A stretch of DNA of 64,000 nucleotides. It comes from Scyliorhinus canicula (Eukaryota). Positions 52,025 through 61,677 of the stretch are shown piece after piece; within the stretch, counting starts at the first letter, position 1; each line of letters starts with the position of its first letter. The notes under the pieces were generated by a model. The model made no database searches and was not told the DNA's origin. It was given only the letters and a program-made list of their open reading frames with translations. The stretch covers positions 39,791,091-39,855,090 of the forward strand of contig NC_052164.1 of NCBI RefSeq assembly GCF_902713615.1, given 5' to 3'. The position numbers were made by a program, and so were the translations under genes.

Positions 52025-52391
52025 AATAATTTTTTTTTATTGAAAGAGTTTTTCCATACAAACATTTACCCCTACTAATTTTTAAATTATTTACAACACA
52101 ATCCCTCTAGGCAAATGTCCCTCCCTCGCCCGCCCTCTCGCGCGCACCAGTCCTCCCCCCCCCCCCCCCCCCCCCCCCAGGCAACCTTAACAAACAAGGC
52201 AGCCTACAGTTTCAGACATGAGCAGCGAGCAGACTTGCCCGCGTTACAGTCGTGCATGTCCCTCCACGACCCTTGCTGCCCCCCCCTCCCCTCCCCCCCC
52301 CTCCCCTCCCCTCCCCCCCCTCCCCTCCCCTCCCTCCCCCCCCCTCCCTCCCCCCCCCCCCCCGGGTTGCTGCTGCCACGACCCCGAACGT

Positions 52392-55300
52392 CTATCTCTG
52401 ATCTAAAAAGTCAAGGAAAGGTTGCCACCGCCTGGCGAATCCCTGTACCGACCCTCTCAGGGCAAATTTGATCCTTTCTAGCTGAATATAGCTAGCCATA
52501 TCGTTAATCCAAGTTTCAACGCTTGGAGGCCTCGCGTCCTTCCATTGAATTAATATCCTTCGTCGAGCCACTAGGGACGCAAAGGCCAGTATTCCGGCCT
52601 CCCTAGCCTCCTGTACCCCCGGTTCTACCCCGACCCCAAAGATCGCAAGCCCCCATCCTGGTTTGACCCTGGACCCCACCACCTTCGACACCGTCCTTGC
52701 CACCCCCTTCCAGAACCCTTCCAGCACCGGACATGCCCAGAACATATGCACATGGTTCGCTGGGCTTCCCAGACATCTGACACACCTGTCCTCACCCCCA
52801 AAGAACCGGCTCATCCTTGTCCCCGTCATGTGAGCTCTATGCAGCACCTTAAATTGAATGAGGCTCAGTCTCGCACACGAGGAGGAAGAGTTGACCTTCT
52901 CCAGTGCATCCGCCCACGTCCCGTCTTCTATCTGCTCTCCCAGCTCCCCTTCCCACTTGGCTTTCAGCTCCTCCCCTGATGCTGCTTCCGCCTCCTGCAT
53001 TATCTTGTAGATGTCTGATATCTTCCCCCCTCCGACCCAGACCCCCGAGAGCACCCTATCACTCGCCCCCTTACTGGGGAGCAGGGGAAACCCCTCCACC
53101 TGCCGCCTAGCAAATGCCTTCACTTGTAAATATCTGAACATGTTTCCCGGGGGGAGCTCAAACTTCTCCTCCAGCCCTCCCAGGCTCGCAAACCTCCCCT
53201 CTATAAACAGGTCCTTCAGCTGCCGTATGCCCACCCTGTACCAGCTCTGAAATCCCCCGTCGATGTTCCCCGGGATGAATCTATGGTTCCATCTTATTGG
53301 CGCCGCCAACAGACCTCCCATTTCCCCCCTATGTCGCCTCCACTGCCCCCATATCTTGAGGGTGGCCGCCACCACCGGGCTCGTGGTGTACCTCGTGGGG
53401 GGGAGCGGCCATGGTGCCGTTACTAGGGCCCCCAGGCTTGTGTTGCCACAGGACGCCCTCTCCATTCGTTTCCAAGCTGCCCTCTCCCCTTCCATCATCC
53501 ACTTGCGCACCATTGACACATTTGCCGCCCAGTAGTACCCCGAGAGATTGGGCAGTGCCAGCCCTCCACTGTCCCTACTCCGCTCCAAAAAGACCCTCCT
53601 CACCCTTGGGGTGCCATGCGCCCACACGTAGCTCATGATGCTGCTCGTCACCTTTTTGAAGAAGGCCCTAGGGAGGAAGATGGGCAAGCACTGAAATAAA
53701 AACAAGAACCTTGGGAGGACCGTCATTTTGATTGACTGCACCCTCCCCGCCAGCGACAACGGTACCATGTCCCACCTCTTAAATTCCTCCTCCATCTGTT
53801 CCACCAGCCTGGAAAAGTTCAACTTGTGGAGGGTCCCCCAGTTCCTTGCCACCTGCACCCCTAAGTACCTAAAGCTCTTTCCTGCTCGCTTGAAGGGGAG
53901 TCTCCCAATACCCTCTCCCTGGTCCCCCGGGTGTATCACAAAAACCTCGCTTTTGCCCAAATTTAGTTTGTACCCCGAAAAGTCCCCAAACTCTGCTAAT
54001 AGTTCCATTATCTCCGGCATTCCCCCTTCTGGGTCTGCCACGTACAGCAGTAGATCATCCGCATACAGCGATACTCGATGTTCCTCCCCTCCCCTAGTCA
54101 GTCCTCTCCACCCCCCTGAACCCCTCAGTGCCATCGCCAACGGTTCAATCGCCAGTGCGAAAAGTAGGGGGGATAGGGGACATCCCTGCCTGGTCCCTCG
54201 GTGGAGCCCGAAATACTCCGACCTCCTCCCGTTTGTCACTACACTCGCCGTCGGGGCCGAGTAGAGCAACTTCACCCACTTAATAAACCCTTCCCCAAAC
54301 CCAAACCGTTCCAACGTCTCCCACAGGTACTCCCACTCCACCCTATCGAATGCCTTCTCCGCGTCCAGCGCTACCACTATCTCAGCCTCCCCCTCCACTG
54401 CCGGCATCATAATTACATTCAGCAGTCTCCGCACGTTCGTGTTGAGCTGCCGCCCCTTCACGAACCCCGTCTGGTCCTCATGGATTACCCCTGGCACACA
54501 ATCCTCTATTCTAGCTGCCAGGATCTTTGCCAGCAACTTGGCATCCACGTTCAGAAGCGAGATAGGCCTGTAGGACCCGCACTGCACGGGGTCTTTATCC
54601 CGCTTCAATATCAGGGAGATCAGAGCCTGCGACATTGTCGGGGGCAGAACCCCCCCCTCTCGCGCCTCATTAAAGGCTCGTACCAGTACCGGTCCCACCA
54701 AGTCCACATTTTTCTTATAGAATTCCACCGGGAACCCATCTGGCCCCGGCGCCTTCCCCGCTTGCATCTGACCTATTCCCTTGACTAGCTCCTCTAGCCC
54801 TATTGGCGCCCCCAGCCCTTCTACCAGCCCCTCCTGGACCCTTGGGAACCTCAATTTGTTTAGGAAGTCCTCCATTCCCCCTCTCCTCGTCGGCGGCTCA
54901 GACTGATACAACTCCTTGTAAAAATCCCTGAAGACCCCGTTCACTTCTTGCCCCTTCTGCACTACCTTCCCGCCCCTCTCCTTCACTCCCCCAATCTCCC
55001 TAGCCGCATCTCGTTTGCGAAGCTGGTGTGCCAGCATCCTGCTCGCCTTTTCCCCATACTCATAGACCGCGCCCTGTGCCCTTCTCCACTGCGTCTCTGC
55101 CTTCCTGGTGGTCAGCAGGTCGAACTTGACCTGCAGGCTGCGCCGTTCTCCCAGCAGCCCCTCCTCTGGTGCCTCCGCATATCTCCTATCCACTTCCAAT
55201 AGCTCCCCCACCAGCCTCTCCCTCTCCTGCCTCTCCTTTCTTTCTCTGTGCGCCCTTATGGAGATCAGCTCTCCCCTGATCACTGCCTTCAGGGCCTCCC

Positions 55301-56186
55301 AGACCATCCCCACCTGCACCTCACCCGTGTCATTCAAGTCCAGATAGCTCTCAATGCTCTTCCGGACCCTTTTACACACCTCGTCGTCCGCTAACAGCCC
55401 CACATCCAGCCGCCACAGCGGGCGCTGGTCCCGCGCCTCCCCCATTTCCACATCCACCCAATGCGGTGCATGATCAGAGATCGCAATGGCCGAGTACTCA
55501 GCTTCCCGTACCCTCGGGATCAGCCCCCTGCTCAACACGAAGAAATCGATTCTGGAGTACACTCTATGGACGTGGGAGAAAAAGGAATACTCCCTCGCCC
55601 TCGGCCTACCAAACCTCCATGGGTCTACTCCTCCCATCTGCTCCATGTACCCCCTCAGCACTTCTGCCGCTGCCGGCCTCCTATTGGTCCTTGAGCTCGA
55701 TCTGTCTAGCCCGGGGTCCAGCACTGTGTTAAAGTCCCCCCCCATGATCAAGCCCCCTGCCTCCAGTCCCGGAATGAGGCCCAATAGGCGCCTCATAAAA
55801 CCCGCGTCATCCCAGTTCGGGGCATATACGTTGACCATCACCACTTTCTCCCCCTGCAGCTTACCCTTCACCATCACATACCTACCCTCCTTATCCGCCA
55901 CCACCTCCTCCGCCACGAACGACACCCTCTTTCCCACCAGAATCGCCACCCCCCGGTTCTTTGCGTCCAATCCAGAGTGGAACACCTGTCCCACCCACCC
56001 CCTTCTCAGGCGAACCTGGTCCACTACCTTCAAATGGGTCTCCTGTAACATTGCTACATCAGCCTTCAGTCCCTTCAGGTGTGAGAATACCCTTGATCTC
56101 TTGACCGGCCCATTCAACCCCCTCACGTTCCAAGTGATCAGCCGGGTCGCGGGACGACCCGCCCCCTTCCCCTGCCGATTAGCCAT
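52392..56186 (-). CDS. L1 ORF2p: APE endonuclease + reverse transcriptase + C-terminal Cys motif (1264 aa from MANRQ)
   Basis: LITWNVRGLN, QETH, GGDFN, YSRIDF, SDHAP, YRPISLLN, DAEKAFD, QGCPLSP, LYADD, CVRC..HMFWAC. The start codon is inferred; the frame stays open upstream to 56549. Confidence 0.93.
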   Translation of the reverse strand: MANRQGKGAGRPATRLITWNVRGLNGPVKRSRVFSHLKGLKADVAMLQETHLKVVDQVRLRRGWVGQVFHSGLDAKNRGVAILVGKRVSFVAEEVVADKEGRYVMVKGKLQGEKVVMVNVYAPNWDDAGFMRRLLGLIPGLEAGGLIMGGDFNTVLDPGLDRSSSRTNRRPAAAEVLRGYMEQMGGVDPWRFGRPRAREYSFFSHVHRVYSRIDFFVLSRGLIPRVREAEYSAIAISDHAPHWVDVEMGEARDQRPLWRLDVGLLADDEVCKRVRKSIESYLDLNDTGEVQVGMVWEALKAVIRGELISIRAHRERKERQERERLVGELLEVDRRYAEAPEEGLLGERRSLQVKFDLLTTRKAETQWRRAQGAVYEYGEKASRMLAHQLRKRDAAREIGGVKERGGKVVQKGQEVNGVFRDFYKELYQSEPPTRRGGMEDFLNKLRFPRVQEGLVEGLGAPIGLEELVKGIGQMQAGKAPGPDGFPVEFYKKNVDLVGPVLVRAFNEAREGGVLPPTMSQALISLILKRDKDPVQCGSYRPISLLNVDAKLLAKILAARIEDCVPGVIHEDQTGFVKGRQLNTNVRRLLNVIMMPAVEGEAEIVVALDAEKAFDRVEWEYLWETLERFGFGEGFIKWVKLLYSAPTASVVTNGRRSEYFGLHRGTRQGCPLSPLLFALAIEPLAMALRGSGGWRGLTRGGEEHRVSLYADDLLLYVADPEGGMPEIMELLAEFGDFSGYKLNLGKSEVFVIHPGDQGEGIGRLPFKRAGKSFRYLGVQVARNWGTLHKLNFSRLVEQMEEEFKRWDMVPLSLAGRVQSIKMTVLPRFLFLFQCLPIFLPRAFFKKVTSSIMSYVWAHGTPRVRRVFLERSRDSGGLALPNLSGYYWAANVSMVRKWMMEGERAAWKRMERASCGNTSLGALVTAPWPLPPTRYTTSPVVAATLKIWGQWRRHRGEMGGLLAAPIRWNHRFIPGNIDGGFQSWYRVGIRQLKDLFIEGRFASLGGLEEKFELPPGNMFRYLQVKAFARRQVEGFPLLPSKGASDRVLSGVWVGGGKISDIYKIMQEAEAASGEELKAKWEGELGEQIEDGTWADALEKVNSSSSCARLSLIQFKVLHRAHMTGTRMSRFFGGEDRCVRCLGSPANHVHMFWACPVLEGFWKGVARTVSKVVGSRVKPGWGLAIFGVGVEPGVQEAREAGILAFASLVARRRILIQWKDARPPSVETWINDMASYIQLERIKFALRGSVQGFARRWQPFLDFLDQR

Positions 56187-56894
56187 GTCCTGTTCCCTGC
56201 TCGCCCCGGGTCGACCCTCCCCTTCTGACCCGCTCCCCATGACGATGTCCCCCTCCCCCCACCTCTCCAGTCCTCCACTTCCCGTTTCTGGTCTTTTCAG
56301 CCGCGATGTACCCTCCATCGTACTCCCGTAAGTCAGCTGGTTCACGCTGACCCGGCTGCTCCTGCCACACTCCGACTCCCCCCGGCTCGGGGGGGGGGGG
56401 GCCTCCCCCCCCTTGCCACTCCTCCCTGGCCCCGCTCCAGCGCGGGAAAGGTCGCCATTGCTAGCCACGCCCCGCACTCCTCCCCTCCCCCCTCCTCTGC
56501 CCCGCGCGCGGGAAAACAGAGGAAAGCCCGCGCTTTCGCCCTGCCACACCCCACCCCACCATCTTCAGTTCCACCCCCGTCCCCGTCCATGCCTGTAAAG
56601 AACCCCCCCTAGGAGCCCATATCCCCGATCTGCTCTCCCCCCCGTCCCACCTCCCCAACTTAACATTATAAATAACAGATAAATAACAAATAACAATGTA
56701 CTTAACAGTCGCCCTCTACCAAACAGCATAAATAACCATAAATAACCATGAATAACCACAATAACAATAACTAAGGGAAGTTGGCAAAGGGGGAAAAAAC
56801 ATCAGAAGAAAAACCACAGCAAGAGTTCAAAATCCAAACAAAGAATTCAGCTGAAAGTACCCGAGCGGCTACGGCCGCCAAGTATCCCCTGGGT

Positions 56895-57740
56895 CTAATT
56901 CGAGTCCAGCTTCTCTTCCTGTACAAAGGCCCACGCCTCCTCTGGGGACTCAAAATAGTGGTGTTGGTTCCTGTAGGTGACCCACAAGCGCGCTGGCTGC
57001 AGCATTCCGAACCTGATCCGTTTTGCATGTAGCACCGCCTTCGTCCGGTTGTACCGGGCCCGCCGCTTTGCCACCTCCGCACTCCAGTCCTGGTAGACCC
57101 TCACCGTCGAATTCTCCCACTTGCTGCTCCTTTCCCTCTTGGCCCACTCCAGCACTCTCTCACGATCGCTGAGTCGCTGGAACCGCACCAGCACCGCCCT
57201 CGGGGGCTCATTTGCTCTTGGCCTCCTAGCCATGACCCTGTAGGCCTCTTCCAGCTCCAGGGGCGAAGGGACGGCCCCTGCCCCCATCAGGGAGCTCAGC
57301 ATTTCTGCTACATATCCCGGGAGGTCTGACCCCTCCAGGCCTTCTGCCAGGCCCAAGATCCTCAGGTTCTTCCGCCTCATTCGGGTATCCAGCTCCTCAA
57401 AACGGCTCTGCCATTTCAGGTGGAGTGCCTCGTGCACCTCTACCTTTCCCACGAGGACCGTGGCCTCCTCCTCCCTCACAGTCATCTCCTGTTGCAGCTC
57501 CCGAATCGACGCCTCTTGGGTCGCCTGGGCTCCCATCAGCCTGGTGGTCGTCGCATTCATTGACTCCAAGAGCTCCATTTTCAGCTCCGTAAAGAAGCGC
57601 AGGAGAGCGGCCTGCTGCTCCTCCGCCCATTTCCTCCATTCCTCGGGTGCGCCACCGGCCGCCATTTTGGTCTTCTTCCCCCGCTTTTTTTTGGGAGCTG
57701 CTGTTGCTTTCTTTACCACCCCACTCCGGGTACCGACCAT
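56895..57740 (-). CDS. L1 ORF1p (coiled coil + RRM + CTD)
   Basis: Heptad-rich N-half, RRKNLRILGLAEG, PRAVLVRF, YQDWSAEVAKRR, PARLWV. The start is inferred (alternative ATG at 57665). Confidence 0.9.
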   Translation of the reverse strand: MVGTRSGVVKKATAAPKKKRGKKTKMAAGGAPEEWRKWAEEQQAALLRFFTELKMELLESMNATTTRLMGAQATQEASIRELQQEMTVREEEATVLVGKVEVHEALHLKWQSRFEELDTRMRRKNLRILGLAEGLEGSDLPGYVAEMLSSLMGAGAVPSPLELEEAYRVMARRPRANEPPRAVLVRFQRLSDRERVLEWAKRERSSKWENSTVRVYQDWSAEVAKRRARYNRTKAVLHAKRIRFGMLQPARLWVTYRNQHHYFESPEEAWAFVQEEKLDSN

Positions 57741-58127
57741 AAAGTTGGTCTGGTTCTCTTCAGGGAGCCTTCCCCCACCGGGGTTTGTCCTTACAGCGCC
57801 GTTGGGGCCCTCCAATCGGCCCGAAAACACCTTTGCAGCAGGAGCAGCCAAACGTGCGACTTAGCTGGTCATAGCCGCAACCGGAAGTCCCTTTTGGAGC
57901 TTCTTTATGTCATCTTCCAATTTACTTTCCTAACTATCTTTGTGTCATGAACATACATGTTTTAGAAGTTCCAGCAGTGGAGGTAGAGAGTTGTTACAAA
58001 ATAAGCACTCTTAAAATGTGCTTTTGGACTAGGTTATAAGAAACATACATCAAGATGAAATAGTTCCTTTGTCTGTAAGGTGCTCATGGTTCATATTTAC
58101 CTAATGCTCAATTGTACTGTAAGTTCT

Positions 58128-58456
58128 GGGCGGCACAGCAGCACAGTGGTTGGCACTGTTGCTTCACAGCTCCAGGGTCCCAGGTTTGATTCCTGGCTTG
58201 GGTCACTGTCTGTGCTGAGTCTGCACTTTCTCCCCTTGTCTGCATGGCTTTCCTCCAGGTGCTCCAGTTTCTTCCCACAGTCCAAAGATGTGCAGGTTAG
58301 GTGGATTGGCCATGCTAAATTGCCCTTAGTGTCCAAAAAGGTTGGGTGGGGTTACAGGGATAGGGTGGAGGTGTGGGCTTTGGTAGGGTGCTCTTTCCAA
58401 GGGCTGGAGCAGATTGGCTGGCCTCCTTCAGCACTGTAAATTCTATGATTCTATTA
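58128..58456 (+). mobile_element. HE1 SINE, full length
   Basis: Head, core and TTCTATGATTCTAT tail. Confidence 0.88.
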
Positions 58457-59039
58457 TTCTGGTGTTGACATAAGTGTCAGTACATATATGCATTGAGATT
58501 ATTTTCATTCTAGTATTATTTCAGAAAATACATGATAAATTTCAAAATAATTTTGATGACAATTGTGTATTTTTCAACCATTTCCAGGCTCAAATATAGT
58601 ATTTATCCAGTGTCACAAGTCTGGAGAGTAAATCAGCTCTGTGCACTGAACAGGAGCATAACACACTGAGCGGATTCCAGTTATGGTGCAGCATTCCCAA
58701 TACCCGCATGCTTCACTCTTTCCTATTTTAATGTAGGTGTTAACATTGGCTAATGCTTGGGTTGCAAGAGGGGCAGGGAGGAAAATGGCGCCAGAAGTTT
58801 TCTTTCCTTTGAAGCAGTTGATGCAGACAGTGGTAAAGAAAAAAAACAGGCTGATAGATTTGACACAAAATAGCTGAGAGATGTAGAAACATTACTTGTC
58901 CAAAGTCCCATTGAATATTTGCTTCTTAGAAGCCTTATGGAGAGAGGGCACTGAGAGGTAATGATGGTACCGCTTGTACATCTATTTCTGACTGTTGTGT
59001 ACCTTCTGTGGGCGATTAGAAATGTCAAAGTGGCAAGAT

Positions 59040-59500
59040 GTTGATAAACACAACGGCAGCTCAGCTCTCTGGTGATGTCTTATTCATTCTTCACTCTGAA
59101 ATGTATACCACTGACATGTTTACCGATCAATGCATGCGTTCTTTTTTTACTGGGGTCAAGAATGAAACACAGTTGAAACAGTGGTCACGTCAAAACACTT
59201 CATAAAAACATGCCACGTTGTGTTTTTTTGTTCCTGTCGCCAGTTCAGGTTACCAGAAGTAAAGTGCAATGGCATCACTTATTTAGTGAATGGTCGATGA
59301 TACTGTCCCAAACACACAAACAAATCAAAGGTTGTATTTCTAATAACATGTTAGGGACGTAAAGAATCGTAATTTCCATAATAAGAAAAAAATGCAGCAT
59401 GGATTAAAATCAAAACATGTTTTTCCCCTTGAAACATCAATTTATGCATGGATTTCAAACTGATATATATATAATAGTTGAGTTGATGGTAACATTACAA
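59040..59500 (+). promoter_or_regulatory. Putative GH proximal promoter
   Basis: TATATATAA at about 59464-59474, ~90 bp before the ATG. Pit-1/POU1F1 consensus TTTATGCAT (59441-59449) and TTATTCAT (59080-59087). CRE-like TCACGTCA (59185-59192). Confidence 0.6.
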
Positions 59501-59562
59501 TCCTTGAACTGACTGCCTTGTCTATAGTTTCTTGCATACTGTTCTTTATTTACAGTGACAGG

Positions 59563-59572
59563 ATGCCTTCAG
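59563..59572 (+). CDS. GH1: Growth hormone exon 1 coding part (MPS+G)
   Basis: ATG CCT TCA G|gtaata. A 10-nt phase-1 first exon is canonical for GH; it joins exon 2 in frame to give a 27-aa signal peptide. Confidence 0.78.
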
Positions 59573-59784
59573 GTAATATTTCCTGGTTTGCCTTGATGTG
59601 GTGTCTGCTTAATTTGTATTTAAAAGTTTTTTTGTCTGGAAGCTTGTTATTTTTCTCTCTCATCTTCCATACGTTTTTCTTTTATTGGCCTTGCCAAGCT
59701 TCAGTTTTGTGTGGTGTTTCGACAGTGTTGCCCTGCCAGTCATTCCAGACTCTCTGGGTATTTAGTATCCAATTAACTTTGAAC

Positions 59785-59938
59785 TGACAGATGTCACATA
59801 GGCCATTCAACCCCTCCAGCCAGCCTGTCCAGCCATGGCTGATCTGTGGCCAAACTCCATATACCTGCCTTTGGCCCATATCCCTAATATATTTGCTTAA
59901 CAAAGATTTATCTTTCGCAGATTTAAAATTAACAATGA
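59785..59938 (-). mobile_element. CR1 3' end remnant in GH intron 1
   Basis: TAGGCCATTCAACCCCTC..CATGGCTGATCTG..GATTTAAAATTAACAAT. Confidence 0.6.
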
Positions 59939-60256
59939 ATATAATTCGACAATAGACGTGTGGTCCCTTAAGGTCTGGGACATTGCTAGAAATTATTCCT
60001 AAACTCACCACTGCTTTAGGTTTGCGAGGCTGGTGTTGCATTTTAATTCAACAACTCGCCCAGTGCCAAAATAGAGCAACTTCAAACTCCTCTGAAGTTT
60101 CGGAGTCAATATAATCCTTGTCCTTTCCTCCTGATGCTCAGATACAAACCTCTTCCATTCTTGTTGATTTCTTGGGCCAATCTTACAGTATAGGGTGTTC
60201 TTTGACCTGCATCTTCCCTTATCTCTGACCATGCCTAACTTATGTGTCTCTTCATT

Positions 60257-60572
60257 GGGCAGCACAAGTGGATAGCACTGTGGCTTCACAGCATCAGGGT
60301 CCCAGGTTCGATTCCCCACTGGGTCACTGTCTGTGCGGTGTCTGCACGTTCTCCCCGTGTCTGCGTGGGTTTCCTCCGGGTGCTCCAGTTTCCTCCCACA
60401 GTCCAAAGACGTGCAGGTTGGGTGGATTGGCCATGATAAATTGCCCTTAATGACCAAAAAAGGTTAGGAGGGGTTATTGTGTTAGGGGGATAGGGTTGAA
60501 GTGAGGGCTTAAGTTGGTCCGTACAGACTCGATGGGCTGAATGGCCTTCTTCTGCACTGTATGTTCTATGTT
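60257..60572 (+). mobile_element. HE1 SINE in GH intron 1 (sense orientation)
   Basis: Head with an 8-bp deletion, core, and (TGTTCTA)n tail. Confidence 0.88.
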
Positions 60573-60652
60573 CTCCCCTACCCTCTTTTTGTTAAAAACA
60601 AGATACATTTTCAGTTTACTTAGGGCTGTTCTTTGCTCCGTCCCCACGCTAG

Positions 60653-60816
60653 GTTTGTCACTGTGTTCCGTTGCCTTGGCCCTGGTGTGGGGTTCTATCC
60701 TGTGTCCCAGAGATCTGGAAGCGTACCCTCTGCTGCCTCTGTCTGATCTTTTCGCCAAGGCTGTGCACAGGGCTCAGCACCTGCACCTCGTCGCCGCTGA
60801 ATCCTTCAAGGATTTC
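60653..60816 (+). CDS. GH1: Growth hormone exon 2
   Basis: ctag acceptor, gtacgt donor. [23 protein letters not shown]|[31 protein letters not shown]: the mature N-terminus matches shark GH. Confidence 0.95.
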
Positions 60817-60961
60817 GTACGTAGCCAACCATAAACGCAAGTTATTGTGGGAGATAATGAGCTTGAACGATTGCTTTGTTGTGGAGCCCCAAGGAGAGGG
60901 ACCTGCGTCTAATTTGCATGTGTGTGTCTTTTATTCCACCCCCCCCCCTCCCCTTCAACAG

Positions 60962-61078
60962 GAACGAAAATATATCCCCGAGGAGCAGCGCCATTCTCAC
61001 AAGAGTTCGCCTTCTGCTTTCTGCCAGTCTGAAACCATCCCAGCACCAACTGGCAAAGAGGATGCCCAGCAACGATCG
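60962..61078 (+). CDS. GH1: Growth hormone exon 3
   Basis: 117 nt, AG/GT bounded; [39 protein letters not shown]. Confidence 0.96.
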
Positions 61079-61536
61079 GTAATTTAAACACCAATGTAAA
61101 CAAAACATCCGAACCTAAATTCAGCCTTTTAACACGACACGTTTGATTTTTTTTTTGCTTAATAGTTTCTGTCGCTAAGTCTTCGGTGCAAAACCATATC
61201 ACTCTAAGTCATTATCGCCAATCGAGTTTTTGTCCTTGTATTGTACATTCCTGAACGAACTAAAGTTTGTAGTTCGTAGCATTGACCTCGGCAATATGCA
61301 TGACTCCACAGACCGTTGACTGAATCCAAACTCGATGATGATTCTAATTCCACACAGTTCAAGACACTATTTAACCACCCAATACAGTCAAATGTAACCG
61401 GGCGTTTTTAAAAAATATTCCCTGACTCTCAGTGCATGTTCGAATTTATAGTGCATTTCGAAGTTAGAAAGGAAAAGACCCGTACTGTAACTGGAAGTGA
61501 TTGGAACAACAAGTTACAATTCGCCTTCTCTCACAG

Positions 61537-61677
61537 GATAGCGAGCTGCTCCTGTACTCGCTGCTGCTCATTCAGTCCTGGCTCAATCCCGTTCAGAACA
61601 GTCGAGCTTTCAGGACCTCGGACAGGGTTTACGACAAATTGCGGGACCTGGAAGAAGGCATCTATGCTCTGATGAAG
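61537..61677 (+). CDS. GH1: Growth hormone exon 4
   Basis: 141 nt, AG/GT bounded; [47 protein letters not shown]. Confidence 0.96.

Larger units (their letters stand above)
52025..57890 (-). mobile_element. Full-length, apparently intact L1-clade LINE (~5.87 kb)
   Basis: Perfect 17-bp TSD CTTTTGGAGCTTCTTTA (52008-52024, 57891-57907); two open ORFs; AATAAA and short A tail. Confidence 0.96.

Noticed and set aside
56187-56549. 121-aa N-terminal extension of L1 ORF2
   Set aside because: Low-complexity G-rich spacer; the endonuclease starts shortly after MANRQ. In-frame upstream ATGs cannot be excluded but are unsupported.
60005-60457. 150-aa antisense ORF in GH intron 1
   Set aside because: Half is SINE sequence, and the frame is broken by indels in the duplicate at 28835-29169.
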